A DNA stretch of 64,000 nucleotides from a candidate division WOR-3 bacterium (GCA_039803305.1 JBDRYG010000001.1:5-64004), one strand, 5' to 3'. Shown: positions 9,696-20,883, counted from the stretch's first letter. Translations and numbers: made by a program. The notes: generated from the letters alone by a model not told the origin.

Positions 9696-11207
9696 CTAAT
9701 GTTTGAACCGTCTAACTCCGGTAAATACAAGGGTTAGTCCGCTCTCCCTTGCAAATTTTATTATTTCTTCGTCTCTTACAGAACCACCTGGCTCTACCAC
9801 CACCTTAATTCCTGACTTTACTGCAAGCTCAAGGGAATCAGTGAAAGGGAAAAAACCATCAGAAACCATAATAGCCCCTCTCGCCCGATCTCCGGCTTTC
9901 TCAAGGGCAATTTTTGTAGCATCAACCCTGCTAGTTTGACCCCCGCCCATTCCCAACAGCATCCTATCTTTAACAACCACAATTGCATTTGACTTTACAT
10001 GTTTTACGACCTTATCGCCAAAGAATATGTCATTCATTTCCCTCCCGTCCAGCTCGCCTGTTAATACTTTCAGGTCATCCTCGGAAAGCTCCTTCAAGTC
10101 CCTGTCCTGGACTAAAAGGTCATGATCTACAAACCTATAATCTTCTGCAATTCTGGTAAAACATTTTACTTTTAAAACCCTTCTCTTCTTTTTCTTTCTC
10201 AGGACTTCTAAAGCTTCATTAGTATAATCAGCTGCGACAATAACTTCAAAGAAAAAATCGTTCAAGACCTCTGCAAGTTCCTTTCCAACTGTGCGATTTA
10301 AAGCAACTATACCACCATAAGCTGATAACTCGTCTCCAGAAAGGGCCTTCTTATATGCTTCCAAGATGTCATTACCTAAAGCAACTCCACATGGTATGTT
10401 GTGTTTAACAATGGCACAAGCTGGTTCATAAAACTCACTAACGATATTATAGGCAGAATAGGCATCAAGTATATTGTTGTACGAAAGCTCAATACCACTT
10501 AATACTTCTAAATTTTGCAAAAACGAATGTCCCTCTAATAGATTAAAGTAAACACTTCCTTTCTGGTGGGGATTTTCGCCATAACGGAGTTCCTGGTGCT
10601 TACCAAATAAAAACACCTTTAAACTATGTTCGGTCCCGAAACGCGCAGATAGTTCCGAGAGAATTGCAGCATCATACTGGACGGTTTTCATAAAGCCCTT
10701 AATAGCAAGCTGACTTCTCAATTTTTCATCAATAGTATCATTTTCAAGGTGCTTGCTGACATAATCATAATCGCGGGGATCACAGACAAGGGTTACCCAC
10801 CTATAGTTTTTTGCAGCTGCACGGATTAAACTTATACCCCCAATATCAACAAATTCCAGAAGCTCATGGGTAGCCAAATCGCGCTTCTCTGTAAAAGGAT
10901 ACAGATTAACTACAACAAAATCAATAAGCGGAATATGATTTTTTTCCAGATATTCCATGTCTTCCTTGTTATCCCTTCTGGCAAGGATGCCAGCGAAAAT
11001 TCCAGGATGTAAAGTCTTTACCCTTCCTCCAGGAGATTCAGGAAAGTGGGTAACATCCTCAACCCTTGTGACTTCAAACCCATAAGACCTCAGATATTCA
11101 TATGTACCACCAGTAGAAATGAGCTTGAACCCTTTATCGACAAGACTGCGGCTAAGCCTTTCTATACCATCTTTGTAATAAACACTGATAAGAGCAAAAC
11201 GGTCCAC
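9696..11207 (-). CDS. purH: Bifunctional AICAR transformylase / IMP cyclohydrolase
   Basis: N-terminal MGS-like MDRFALISVYYKDGIERLSRSLVDKGFKLISTGGT; 503 aa; C-terminal AICARFT domain. Confidence 0.85.
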   Translation of the reverse strand: MDRFALISVYYKDGIERLSRSLVDKGFKLISTGGTYEYLRSYGFEVTRVEDVTHFPESPGGRVKTLHPGIFAGILARRDNKEDMEYLEKNHIPLIDFVVVNLYPFTEKRDLATHELLEFVDIGGISLIRAAAKNYRWVTLVCDPRDYDYVSKHLENDTIDEKLRSQLAIKGFMKTVQYDAAILSELSARFGTEHSLKVFLFGKHQELRYGENPHQKGSVYFNLLEGHSFLQNLEVLSGIELSYNNILDAYSAYNIVSEFYEPACAIVKHNIPCGVALGNDILEAYKKALSGDELSAYGGIVALNRTVGKELAEVLNDFFFEVIVAADYTNEALEVLRKKKKRRVLKVKCFTRIAEDYRFVDHDLLVQDRDLKELSEDDLKVLTGELDGREMNDIFFGDKVVKHVKSNAIVVVKDRMLLGMGGGQTSRVDATKIALEKAGDRARGAIMVSDGFFPFTDSLELAVKSGIKVVVEPGGSVRDEEIIKFARESGLTLVFTGVRRFKH

Positions 11208-11782
11208 TAACTACCCTCCTCTAATAAAAGTCTCCTTATGACTTCTGGATAATATTTATGTTCTAACCTATGAATCCTTCTTTCGAGCTCCTCAAGGCTT
11301 TCACCTTTTCTTATGCGTAAAGCTGCCTGTTCAATGATGGGTCCAGTGTCTACTCCTTCATCAACATAATGAATGGTTATACCAGTAATTTTGCATCCCG
11401 CCTTATATGCCCTCTCAATGGCATTAAGGCCAGGAAAAGCTGGCAGAAGCGCAGGATGAATATTTATTATTCTGTACCTGAACCTTTCAACAATAAAAGG
11501 TGGAAGAATTCTCATATAGCCTGCAAGCACAACAAGATCTGGCTTCAAATCTACCAGTTTTTCAAGAAGGGTCTTATTGTAATCCTCTTTACTTTTAAAA
11601 GATTTATAGTCGAGAATTATCGTGGGGACCTTTAATCTCCTTGCACGCTGAATCGCGTATGCTAGAGGATTATCTGTTATAAGAGCTTTCACCGTTATGG
11701 GCCAGTTGTTTTTTACAATTTTCCTCACTATAGCCTCAAAATTCGACCCGTTCCCTGAAGCAAGAATCACAATACTTTTCAT
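11207..11782 (-). CDS. purN: Phosphoribosylglycinamide formyltransferase
   Basis: IVILASGNGSNFEAI N-terminal motif, 191 aa, directly downstream of purH on the same strand. Confidence 0.8.
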   Translation of the reverse strand: MKSIVILASGNGSNFEAIVRKIVKNNWPITVKALITDNPLAYAIQRARRLKVPTIILDYKSFKSKEDYNKTLLEKLVDLKPDLVVLAGYMRILPPFIVERFRYRIINIHPALLPAFPGLNAIERAYKAGCKITGITIHYVDEGVDTGPIIEQAALRIRKGESLEELERRIHRLEHKYYPEVIRRLLLEEGS

Positions 11783-11785
11783 ATT

Positions 11786-12970
11786 TTACACTGAAAACTT
11801 TTCAAGTTGTGAAAGCACAAAAGACCTTATCTGAGCAGCATCTGGTAAATCACAAGTTCTCTTCCCATTCTCAAGATACAAATTCATAAAGGGTTCCATC
11901 TCCACGCCACACAAATCACACCTATTTAAAGTCTCATTAGCGCTAGGGGTTACCCTTAAATTCAGGCACTTGGGGCATCTAAAGACCTTTTTCCTTCCAC
12001 TAAATTTTCCCTTTTTGGTAATTGCCTTCCCCTCAATTTCCACTATATCCATGGCATAATCGACTGTAGGCGCATTTGATATAGAAGTTCCTACTCCAAA
12101 CCCGTACGCACCAGCTTCCTTTAGAGCAGGAATATCATCCTCATCTATTCCCCCAGAAACAAAAATTTTCACATGGGAAAACCCTCTTAAATCAAGCTCC
12201 CACCTGACTTCCCTGACTATTTTTGAGAAGTTACCCCTACGAGAAGATGGGGTATCAAGCCTAACACCTATTAAATCTCTAATTGTTTCAGCAGCTTTCA
12301 GAGACTCAAATTTCTCATCGCCAAAGGTATCAATAAGGGCAATTCTGGGTATATCTTCGGGAATTATTTCATCGTATGCTTTCCACGCCTCCTCTTCCCC
12401 CATAACAAGAATAAGAGCATGGGGCATCGTCCCTGTGGGCCTCTTGCCAATAACCTCTGCCCCTAAAACGGATGAAACCCCGTCACAACCGCCAATAAAT
12501 GCATTTCTATCGATGAAAGGTGAGATTGCGGGATGCATCCTTCTTACGCCAAAAGATAGTACTACCGAATCACCTGCCGCCTTCTTTATCCTTGCAGACT
12601 TTGTTGCAATACCAGATGCCTGGCAGATAAAACCGAGCGCAGGGGTTTCCATTTCTGCAAAAACCTGATATTCTCCCTCAATGGCAAGGACGGGCACTGG
12701 TACTCCTTTACTATCAACATTCGTAAAGATTGTACCTTCGGGTATAGAATAAAGATTTACGGGTAAGCCTTCAAGAAGTTTTACCACATACTCAAGACCC
12801 GCATAGACCGCCCAGGGATAGCCAGACGGGAAACTACCCACAGTAAACTCTGCAAGAACTTTTTTCCTGATGCCTTTTTTATTTAAAATCTCAACTGTTC
12901 TCTTAAAATAGATGTCTGTTGTTAATCCCTGTTTAATCTCACTATCAAGCGCCGTATGGAATTCCCTCAT
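11786..12970 (-). CDS. pncB: Nicotinate phosphoribosyltransferase, archaeal-type, with C-terminal zinc-knuckle
   Basis: RMHPAISPFIDRNAFIGGCDGVSSV core; C-terminal CPKC...CDLCG four-Cys ribbon as seen in archaeal-type NAPRTases. Confidence 0.65.
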   Translation of the reverse strand: MREFHTALDSEIKQGLTTDIYFKRTVEILNKKGIRKKVLAEFTVGSFPSGYPWAVYAGLEYVVKLLEGLPVNLYSIPEGTIFTNVDSKGVPVPVLAIEGEYQVFAEMETPALGFICQASGIATKSARIKKAAGDSVVLSFGVRRMHPAISPFIDRNAFIGGCDGVSSVLGAEVIGKRPTGTMPHALILVMGEEEAWKAYDEIIPEDIPRIALIDTFGDEKFESLKAAETIRDLIGVRLDTPSSRRGNFSKIVREVRWELDLRGFSHVKIFVSGGIDEDDIPALKEAGAYGFGVGTSISNAPTVDYAMDIVEIEGKAITKKGKFSGRKKVFRCPKCLNLRVTPSANETLNRCDLCGVEMEPFMNLYLENGKRTCDLPDAAQIRSFVLSQLEKFSV

Positions 12971-13967
12971 TTCTGATATCCCCTTTTAGTCTGGCAAATA
13001 CTATCCTTCCCGTCTCAGTTTGAAGTACAGAGTGAACGACAACCTCAATTTCCTGTCCTATAAAAGGCAGTCCCCCATCCACCACAACCATAGTACCATC
13101 AACGAGATAACCCACGCCCTGTTTTTTGTCCTTCTCCTTTCCTTCTCTCACAAGCTTTATCTTTATCAAATCCCCCGAGTTCAATGGTAACTTAAGCCTC
13201 TCCGTTAGCTCATTCACATTCAATACATGCACGCCTTGATGTTCAGCAATCTTCTTTAAATTGTAGTCAGTGGTAATTAGCTTAGCCCCTGTTCTTCTCG
13301 CAAGCTCAATCAATTTTTCATCAACCTCTCGTTTCCCCGGGACATCATCCTGTACGATTACAAGTTTATCCTTTAAGACCTCTCTTAATTTATCAAGCAT
13401 CTCCATTCCGCGACGACCCTTCTCACGCTTATCCGGATCTTTAGAATCCGCAATTGACTGTAATTCCTTCAAAACAAAAACAGGAACAGCAATATATCCC
13501 TCAAGAAACCCAAGATCCGCCATATCTACAATTCGACCATCAATTATAGCACTGGTATCTACAAGTTTACTATATCGTTTCTGGTCTTTTTTACCTTTAT
13601 CCTTACCTTTTATCAGATCGTCTTTTCTCGAATATATGTAAGCTATAAAAATGTAGATACAAGCCATGTTCGTAATAAGAAAAACCCATCCTCTGAGTTC
13701 TGGTTTCTTAAAGTTAGGAAATTGAGTCAAAATGAAGCCCAAAAATGACCCCAACAACGCACCAGAGACCACCGTAGCAAAAACTATAGCAACCTCTTTA
13801 AGATTTCTCTGGTACAAGGCTCTCTCAATTGCAATGATAGAGTACGATACTAAAATGCCAATAAGAACAGCTGTATGATGTTTAAGCCCCCCCTTAATAC
13901 CAACAATACTAACAAGGGTAGTAAGTATAGCAAATACTATAACTCTCCTGATTTTTAACCAAGACAT
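12945..13967 (-). CDS. yacL: Membrane-anchored PIN-domain plus TRAM-domain protein (YacL-like)
   Basis: Four N-terminal TM helices; PIN domain (VDTSAIIDGRIVDMADLGFLEGYIAVPVFVLKELQ); C-terminal TRAM-like beta domain; overlaps the radA stop. Confidence 0.65.
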   Translation of the reverse strand: MSWLKIRRVIVFAILTTLVSIVGIKGGLKHHTAVLIGILVSYSIIAIERALYQRNLKEVAIVFATVVSGALLGSFLGFILTQFPNFKKPELRGWVFLITNMACIYIFIAYIYSRKDDLIKGKDKGKKDQKRYSKLVDTSAIIDGRIVDMADLGFLEGYIAVPVFVLKELQSIADSKDPDKREKGRRGMEMLDKLREVLKDKLVIVQDDVPGKREVDEKLIELARRTGAKLITTDYNLKKIAEHQGVHVLNVNELTERLKLPLNSGDLIKIKLVREGKEKDKKQGVGYLVDGTMVVVDGGLPFIGQEIEVVVHSVLQTETGRIVFARLKGDIRNEGIPYGA

Positions 13968-15259
13968 ATTTTTACTACCTCCTCCACCGTTTTATATTCT
14001 AAAGGTGAAAATATATTATAAAACCCAAGTCGCCTGGCTTCCTCAATTCTCTTTGTGAGGCCAGGGACTTTCCTTATTTCTCCTCCTAAACCTACTTCTC
14101 CAATAAAAACAGCGTGTTCATCAAGAGGCCTTTTTCGGTAGGATGAAATAATTGACATAACGACAGCAAGATCAGTAGAAGAATCGGAGATTTTGATACC
14201 ACCTGTAACATTTAGAAAAATATCCATACTCCTCATATTTATACCTGCGAACCTTTCCACAACAGCCAGAAGCATGTAGAGCCTTTTTGTATCAAATCCA
14301 GTTGTTATCCGTTGTGGAACTGCAAAAAAAGTTGGAAGAACCAGCGATTGGATTTCAAGAAGTAAAGGCCTCTTACCCTCAAGTAAAACCGTATAACTTA
14401 TACCATCTTTTCGAACGTGCTCCCTCGAGATAAACAAGGTCGAGGCATCACTAACTTCCTTCAGGGCTTCCTGTGTCATCTCAAAAATACCGATTTCCTC
14501 AGAAGAACCAAATCTATTTTTAGTACACCTCAATATTCTCAGATCAGATCCTTTTTCTCCTTCAAGATATAACACCACATCTACCATATGTTCGAGAGTT
14601 TTTGGACCAGCAAGAGTCCCGTCCTTTGTCACATGACCTACCGCAAGGACCGTTATCCCGTCCTCTTTTGCAATTCTAAGTAGTTCCATACCGCACTCCC
14701 TAACCTGACTCACACTCCCTATTACCTGATCCATCTCGGGTTTGAAAACGGTTTGTATGGAATCCACAATAAGCATAAATGGATGTAATTCTCTTGCGGC
14801 TTCCTTAATTCTATCAATATCCTGTTCGTTCATAAAAAATATCCCTTCACAATCTATTTTTAGTCTTTCCGCCCTCATTTTCACCTGTTCCAGAGACTCC
14901 TCTCCAGAGATGTACAGAACCTTAAAACCCTTACTCGCAAGATTCCGAGAAACTTCAAGAAGTAATGTGGATTTACCAATACCTGGGTCTCCACCTAAAA
15001 GAACAAAGCTCGAAGGCACAATACCCCCATCCAGAACCCTGTCAAACTCAAAGATACCTGTCTCAACTTTCCTAAACTCCACTGTTTTGACTTCTTTAAG
15101 GAGTTTATAGGATATACCTCTCTTCTCTCCCCTACTAGTATTGCTCTCTTTATACTCTTTAAAAGTGTCCCACATACCACAAGATGGGCACTTACCGAGC
15201 CACTTAATGCTTGTGTAGCCGCAGTTGGTGCAAACGAAGTATGCTGAACTTTTGGCCAT
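13955..15259 (-). CDS. radA: DNA repair protein RadA/Sms
   Basis: N-terminal zinc ribbon CTNCGYTSIKWLGKCPSCG, Walker A GDPGIGKST, KNRFG motif, C-terminal Lon-like domain. Confidence 0.9.
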   Translation of the reverse strand: MAKSSAYFVCTNCGYTSIKWLGKCPSCGMWDTFKEYKESNTSRGEKRGISYKLLKEVKTVEFRKVETGIFEFDRVLDGGIVPSSFVLLGGDPGIGKSTLLLEVSRNLASKGFKVLYISGEESLEQVKMRAERLKIDCEGIFFMNEQDIDRIKEAARELHPFMLIVDSIQTVFKPEMDQVIGSVSQVRECGMELLRIAKEDGITVLAVGHVTKDGTLAGPKTLEHMVDVVLYLEGEKGSDLRILRCTKNRFGSSEEIGIFEMTQEALKEVSDASTLFISREHVRKDGISYTVLLEGKRPLLLEIQSLVLPTFFAVPQRITTGFDTKRLYMLLAVVERFAGINMRSMDIFLNVTGGIKISDSSTDLAVVMSIISSYRKRPLDEHAVFIGEVGLGGEIRKVPGLTKRIEEARRLGFYNIFSPLEYKTVEEVVKICLG

Positions 15260-15260
15260 G

Positions 15261-16022
15261 TTAATAAATCCTTACCCTCACAGGTACGCCTTTTTCTTTA
15301 AGAGTTCTTGATAATTCAATTAGCTCTTCGGTCAAAACTTCAAGTTTCTTAAACAGAGAATCATTCCTTACAATTGCACTTTCATGGAGACCAACCAAAA
15401 GTGAATCGAGGTTCTTTAGGGTTCCATAAAGGGAATTTACAAATTGCCTTATCTCATCATCACCTGAGGAGATGAGGTGGAAAACTGTGTCCTTTAGAGC
15501 AGTAATTGATGACGAAACTACTTTGAGAGATTTATCTATTTCCTTTCCCATTTCCTTTGCATCATTCACCGTACTACGAATTGTTGAGAAAAACAAATTC
15601 AAGGAATCCATAAGTAATGAGACTTTAGCTAAAAGTTCATCTAAAGTTCTCCCCCTGTCACCCACAAAACGCATTCCTGGCCTTGCAAGCTGTCCACTTC
15701 CCGGAATAACAAGTAGCCTGTACTGACCCAAAATCCCGCTACTTTCTAGTGATATTCTGGAATCCTCTGATATTTTAAATTTTTGTAGGTAAAAGCGTAC
15801 TATAACCTTTCCACTTTCAATATAAATGTTCTCTATCTTCCCGTAAGGTACACCTAAAACCTCGACAGGGTCCCCTTTCCTGAGATATACGGGTCCACTG
15901 AAAACCACCTCATAGTATGTTCTATTTCTTTTTAATGTGAAATCTTTTGTAACAAAAAAAGCAGCCACAAGGAGTATAAGCAGCAAAAAAGCAGTTAACC
16001 CGACCTTCTCTTCTAAGGTCAT
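15261..16022 (-). CDS. MlaD-like MCE-domain protein (outer membrane lipid asymmetry / ABC transporter periplasmic component)
   Basis: Single N-terminal TM helix followed by an MCE fold (YEVVFSGPVYLRKGDPVEVLGVPYGKIENI). Confidence 0.55.
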   Translation of the reverse strand: MTLEEKVGLTAFLLLILLVAAFFVTKDFTLKRNRTYYEVVFSGPVYLRKGDPVEVLGVPYGKIENIYIESGKVIVRFYLQKFKISEDSRISLESSGILGQYRLLVIPGSGQLARPGMRFVGDRGRTLDELLAKVSLLMDSLNLFFSTIRSTVNDAKEMGKEIDKSLKVVSSSITALKDTVFHLISSGDDEIRQFVNSLYGTLKNLDSLLVGLHESAIVRNDSLFKKLEVLTEELIELSRTLKEKGVPVRVRIY

Positions 16023-16025
16023 AAA

Positions 16026-16676
16026 TTATCCGTTTCCTTTTAGTTTCTCCCAGTCTTTAAGAAATCTCTCTATTCCAATATCAGTTAGAGGGTGATTTAC
16101 CAGTTGCCTAATTACTTTTGGTGGTATTGTGGCGATATGAGCACCCATCAAAGCAGCCTCAAGGACATGAAGAGGATGCCTTATTGATGCGACAATAACC
16201 TCCGTCTCAAAACCGTAGTTTTCAAATATTTGAAGAATTTGTTCAACTATGTCGAGGCCATAATTCCCAATGTCATCAAGTCTTCCCACGAAAGGCGATA
16301 CATATGTTGCACCAGCTTTGGCAGCAAGAAGAGCCTGTACCGGTTGGAAGATGAGAGTAACGTTTGTTTTAATTCCCTCTTTGCTTAAAGTCCTGACAGC
16401 CTTTAATCCCTCAACGGTCATAGGGATTTTAATTACCACATGTTCGTCGATTTTTGCAAGCTCTCGAGCCTCCTTAACCATCCCCTCATAATCAGTGGAA
16501 ACTACTTCCGCAGAAACAGGACCTTTTACGATCTCACAGATTCTCTTAATAACTTTAAGGGGATCTCCTCCCTCCTGAGAAAGAAGGGTTGGATTCGTTG
16601 TTGCACCTTCAATTATTCCCCACTGTGCAAGCTCTTCAATCTCTTTAACATTTGCTGAATCAACAAAAATCTTCAT
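16026..16676 (-). CDS. tal: Transaldolase / fructose-6-phosphate aldolase family
   Basis: [15 protein letters not shown]...GATTNPTLL, 216 aa short-type transaldolase. Confidence 0.85.
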   Translation of the reverse strand: MKIFVDSANVKEIEELAQWGIIEGATTNPTLLSQEGGDPLKVIKRICEIVKGPVSAEVVSTDYEGMVKEARELAKIDEHVVIKIPMTVEGLKAVRTLSKEGIKTNVTLIFQPVQALLAAKAGATYVSPFVGRLDDIGNYGLDIVEQILQIFENYGFETEVIVASIRHPLHVLEAALMGAHIATIPPKVIRQLVNHPLTDIGIERFLKDWEKLKGNG

Positions 16677-16687
16677 AGCTCCTCCTC

Positions 16688-17419
16688 CTAATAGTTTACT
16701 GAAACAAGGGTTAAACCTTTTGCTGGTGCAACCAGCACTTTCTCCTCCTTGCCCTCCAGAAAAGATTCAAAAAAACTCGTGCTCTTAAAATTTTTGCATG
16801 AATAAACCATAGAAGCCACAAGGACCCTGACTAACTTATATAAAAAACGGTCCCCTTCTACAACAAATACAGTCTCATCGTTAACGCGATCCCATGACAC
16901 ACTGAAAAACCTGACTTTCTGGTTTTTTTTCTCACCAGTGGTAAGCTTAAGAAAAGAGAAATCCCTTTCGCCTTTTAATAAACCTGAACACTGTCTCAAA
17001 ACCTCCAAATCCAGTCTGAATGGTAACTCCCAGACATAACGGGTTCTCAAGGGTGACTTTGCGCCATCGAGTATCCTATATTTATATATCTTTGATCTGG
17101 CTTTGAACCTTGCATGAAAATCTTCCTGCGCTTCTTCAAGAGACTTAACATAAACATCATTAGGCAACAAACTATTTAACGCTTTCTTCAAACTTTCAAG
17201 GCTCATCCTTACAGGTTCCTTTAAATGCAAACTAAAAACTTGATTTTCAGCATGAACTCCAGCGTCAGTCCTTGATGCGCCGACCAACTTAAAGTTATCA
17301 GAATTAAGAATTCTCTTTAAAACTTCAATTAATGTACCCTGTACGGTCCTTTTATCTTTTTGAACTTGCCATCCGAAAAAATCAGTTCCGTCGTATTCTA
17401 CCACACCCTTTATAATCAT
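16688..17419 (-). CDS. truA: tRNA pseudouridine(38-40) synthase
   Basis: GWQVQ and catalytic RTDAGVHA motifs. Confidence 0.85.
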   Translation of the reverse strand: MIIKGVVEYDGTDFFGWQVQKDKRTVQGTLIEVLKRILNSDNFKLVGASRTDAGVHAENQVFSLHLKEPVRMSLESLKKALNSLLPNDVYVKSLEEAQEDFHARFKARSKIYKYRILDGAKSPLRTRYVWELPFRLDLEVLRQCSGLLKGERDFSFLKLTTGEKKNQKVRFFSVSWDRVNDETVFVVEGDRFLYKLVRVLVASMVYSCKNFKSTSFFESFLEGKEEKVLVAPAKGLTLVSVNY

Positions 17420-17422
17420 CCA

Positions 17423-17770
17423 CTATTTTTCCTCTGGACCAAATCCCATACGCCTCTGTTCCATTCCGAACAACTTAACTTCACCGAACTTGGATTCGTA
17501 CTGTCTCAAATTATCTTCAAGAGCTTTAAGCAAGAGTTTTGCATGCTGAGGTGTCATAAGAACCCTTGCCTGAACCTTCGCTTTTGCAAGCCCAGGTAAA
17601 ATCTTCGCAAAATCAAGGACAAACTCCGAGGGTGAATAGGCAATCATTACCATATTTGAGTAAACCCCCTGAGCAGTATTCTCATCAATCTCGATTTCAA
17701 AAGGTTTTTGAATCTCCATAAATCCTCCTTGCAGTGTTCTAATTTTACATGAAAATTTCAAGTCTTTCAA
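17423..17770 (-). CDS. DUF3467-like small protein; true start probably the internal Met (MEIQKPFEIEID)
   Basis: Conserved-looking core EIEIDENTAQGVYSNMVMIAYSPSEFVLDF; about 95 aa from the internal Met. Confidence 0.4.
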   Translation of the reverse strand: MKDLKFSCKIRTLQGGFMEIQKPFEIEIDENTAQGVYSNMVMIAYSPSEFVLDFAKILPGLAKAKVQARVLMTPQHAKLLLKALEDNLRQYESKFGEVKLFGMEQRRMGFGPEEK

Positions 17771-17790
17771 AGAACCTGTAAAATTTAATC

Positions 17791-19212
17791 ATGGCAGAAA
17801 AATATTACCCGCGAATAGGTCTGGAAATCCATGTACAACTCAAAACAAAAACGAAACTCTTTTGCGGATGTAAAAACGAATATGGAGCAATACCTAATAC
17901 TAATGTTTGCCCTGTTTGCCTTGGTTACCCCGGCGTCCTTCCTGTTTTAAACAAAGAAGCCGTGCGCCTTGCAATAAAAGTTGCATTAGCTCTTAAAGCA
18001 AAGATAAACACTACATCAAGGTTTTACAGGAAGAACTACTTCTACCCTGACTTGCCAAAGGGTTACCAAATTACCCAATATACCGAATCTATAGCTGAGA
18101 ATGGAATTCTGACAATCGATACTGAAAAAGGTAAGAAGGACATAATTATAGAGAGGATGAACATAGAAGAGGAGGCGGCACGTTCAATCCACACCCAGCA
18201 GGGTGAGGTTCTCCTTGATTTTAACAGGAGCGGAATTCCTCTCCTTGAAATAGTTACAGAACCGTGCATTACCTCACCAGAAGAAGCCAAAGCATTTCTT
18301 GAGAAATTTAGAGAATATCTCAGATTCCTTGAGATTTCTGACTGCGATATGGAAAGAGGAGAATTACGAGTTGACTCAAATGTATCCGTTGCTCTCAGCC
18401 CGGAAAAGCTTGGAACTAAGGTAGAGCTAAAAAATTTAAACTCCTTCAGAAGCGTATATGAGGCCTTAAAGTACGAAATAGAAAGACAAATAAATACACT
18501 GGAAAAAGGCGGCAAGATTCATCAGGAAACCCGTCTATGGGACGAATATTCTGCTGAATCAAGGCCTATGAGGACAAAGGAAGAAAGCATGGACTATCGT
18601 TATTTTCCTGAACCTGACTTACCAACCCTATTTATCTCACAAGAATTTATAAATGAGATTAGAAAAGAGATGCCCGAGTTACCCGACGAAAAGTTCAAAC
18701 GATATACATCCGTTTTCGGTGTCGCACCAGAACAGGCAAAGTTAATTGCGTACAATAGGCAAACTTCGGAAATCTTCGACAAAATATGTGAAAAAGCAAA
18801 GGATAAGAAAACTGTAGCAAATTGGCTCACCGTACTCATACCCGGCTATTTAAAGGAAAACGAATCGATCTCAAAGATAAGTCCTGATGACCTAATCCTT
18901 TTAGAATCCAGCCTTTCTCAGGGTTTGATAAATCAAAATCAAGCAAAGGAAGTCATCATTAAATTTTTAGAGGAAGGTATTCCTATAAAGGATACACTCA
19001 CCAGGCTTGAGGCAACATCAAGAACTATGTCAGATGAAGAGTTAGAGAAAATTATAGAAGAGGTCTTAGCAGAACAAAAAGAATTGGTCGAAAAGTATCT
19101 TTCCGGTAAAACGGGGGTATTCCAGGCAATATTGGGGCAATGTATGAAAAAATTGAAAGGCGCTGGTAACCCTTTAAAGGTCAAAGAAATCCTTGAACAA
19201 AAACTAAAGTAA
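17791..19212 (+). CDS. gatB: Glutamyl-tRNA(Gln)/aspartyl-tRNA(Asn) amidotransferase subunit B
   Basis: YPRIGLEIHVQLKTKTKLFCGC N-terminus, 473 aa, C-terminal YqeY-like tail. Confidence 0.9.
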   Translation: MAEKYYPRIGLEIHVQLKTKTKLFCGCKNEYGAIPNTNVCPVCLGYPGVLPVLNKEAVRLAIKVALALKAKINTTSRFYRKNYFYPDLPKGYQITQYTESIAENGILTIDTEKGKKDIIIERMNIEEEAARSIHTQQGEVLLDFNRSGIPLLEIVTEPCITSPEEAKAFLEKFREYLRFLEISDCDMERGELRVDSNVSVALSPEKLGTKVELKNLNSFRSVYEALKYEIERQINTLEKGGKIHQETRLWDEYSAESRPMRTKEESMDYRYFPEPDLPTLFISQEFINEIRKEMPELPDEKFKRYTSVFGVAPEQAKLIAYNRQTSEIFDKICEKAKDKKTVANWLTVLIPGYLKENESISKISPDDLILLESSLSQGLINQNQAKEVIIKFLEEGIPIKDTLTRLEATSRTMSDEELEKIIEEVLAEQKELVEKYLSGKTGVFQAILGQCMKKLKGAGNPLKVKEILEQKLK

Positions 19213-19215
19213 AAC

Positions 19216-20067
19216 TCAGGGAATTAATACTTCCATGTTATCAATCAACCTGGCTTTCCCTACGAAAACAGCCAGTGCGATGAGTTCATCCCCTCTTATT
19301 TCAGAAACAGGTTCCAATGTGTATTTGTTAACAATCTCAATGTAATCAATTCTGGAGACACTTTTATGAGACAAAATAAACCTTTCCATTTCCTTCTTTA
19401 TGTTGTCTGGATTTCTCTCACCTCGCTCTATAAGTTCCCTCGCTAACATTAAGGATTTATAAAGACACACCGCATCCCTTCTCTCTTCCGCATTCAAATA
19501 AACATTTCTCGAACTCATAGCAAGGCCGTCAGGCTCCCTAACTATCTCGCAAGGAACTACCTCCACCTCCATATTAAGGTCCTTCACCATTCTCTCGATA
19601 ATCCTAAATTGCTGATAATCCTTCTTTCCGAAATATGCCTTGTGCGGTTTTACTATGTTAAAGAGTTTGGTTACAACGGTACATACCCCTCTAAAATGAC
19701 CTGGCCTTTTAGCACCACAGAGGAACTTAGAAAGGGAAGTCTCTTCAACATATGTAGAATATCCTTCAGGATACATATCTTTTACTTCGGGGATGAAAAC
19801 GCAATCCACCGCAAGCTCAGTAAGAAGTTTCAAGTCCCTCTCCTCGTCCCTGGGGTACCTTTCAAAATCTTCACCCGGTCCGAACTGAGTGGGGTTTACA
19901 AATATTGAAACAAAAGTAACATCACACTCTGCTTTTGATCTTCTTACCAACGATAGATGCCCTTCGTGAAGATATCCCATAGTTGGGACGAAACCAATAA
20001 TTTTTCCCTCTTTCCTTAATAAATTTGACAATTTTTGAACTTCTTTAGGGCTTCTTACTACCTCCAT
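19216..20067 (-). CDS. panC: Pantoate--beta-alanine ligase
   Basis: [20 protein letters not shown]-type nucleotidyltransferase motif. Confidence 0.85.
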   Translation of the reverse strand: MEVVRSPKEVQKLSNLLRKEGKIIGFVPTMGYLHEGHLSLVRRSKAECDVTFVSIFVNPTQFGPGEDFERYPRDEERDLKLLTELAVDCVFIPEVKDMYPEGYSTYVEETSLSKFLCGAKRPGHFRGVCTVVTKLFNIVKPHKAYFGKKDYQQFRIIERMVKDLNMEVEVVPCEIVREPDGLAMSSRNVYLNAEERRDAVCLYKSLMLARELIERGERNPDNIKKEMERFILSHKSVSRIDYIEIVNKYTLEPVSEIRGDELIALAVFVGKARLIDNMEVLIP

Positions 20068-20070
20068 GTC

Positions 20071-20883
20071 CTACTCATCCTTTTTGAGTCGGAAGTAATG
20101 CTTCTCGTCCGGGAACTTCCTCTCTTTAACCTCGCCTATGAATTCCTTAACTCCTTCCATGCCTTCTTTGTAGAGCTCCCTGTATGCTTTCGCAAAGCTT
20201 GGTCTGAAATCAGGATAAAGGCCCAGAAGATCATGTAAAACTAAGACCTGACCATCACAGAATGGGCCTGCACCGATTCCAATGGTTGGTACATGAACAA
20301 TTTCAGTTATCTCTTTTGAAAGTTCCGCAGGAATCATTTCCAATACGATAGCAAAAACCCCAGCTTCTTCAAGCATTTTTGCATCTTCAATAATCCTTCG
20401 CCTTTGCTCCTCCGTTTTGCCCTGAAGTTTATAGCCTCCAAAAGAGTAGACATGCTGGGGAGTCATACCCAAATGTCCCATAACCGGAATACCATAACTC
20501 GTTAGTTTTTCTACGAGGGGAACTACTTCCCTACCTCCCTCCAATTTAACAGCCTCAGCACCAGCTTTAATTAAAAGTCCCGCATTTTTTATACCTTCTT
20601 CTACGCTTATCTGGTAGGATAGAAAAGGCATATCAGCAATGAGAAGGGCGTTTTTAACTCCCCTTTTAACCATCCTTGTATGATATATAACGTCCTCAAT
20701 ATTACAGAAAAGGGTGTTTTCGTTACCCTGAACCACCATGGAAAGGGAGTCTCCAACAAGAATTGCCTCCACTCCTGCTTCATCCACCATTCGAGCAAAT
20801 ACATAGTCATAAGCGGTTACTATTACAATTGGCTCATTATGGGCTTTGAGCCTGAAGAAATCTTTAACTGTAATTTTACTCAT
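20071..20883 (-). CDS. panB: 3-methyl-2-oxobutanoate hydroxymethyltransferase
   Basis: MSKITVKDFFRLKAHNEPIVIVTAYDY N-terminus; immediately upstream of panC on the same strand. Confidence 0.85.
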   Translation of the reverse strand: MSKITVKDFFRLKAHNEPIVIVTAYDYVFARMVDEAGVEAILVGDSLSMVVQGNENTLFCNIEDVIYHTRMVKRGVKNALLIADMPFLSYQISVEEGIKNAGLLIKAGAEAVKLEGGREVVPLVEKLTSYGIPVMGHLGMTPQHVYSFGGYKLQGKTEEQRRRIIEDAKMLEEAGVFAIVLEMIPAELSKEITEIVHVPTIGIGAGPFCDGQVLVLHDLLGLYPDFRPSFAKAYRELYKEGMEGVKEFIGEVKERKFPDEKHYFRLKKDE

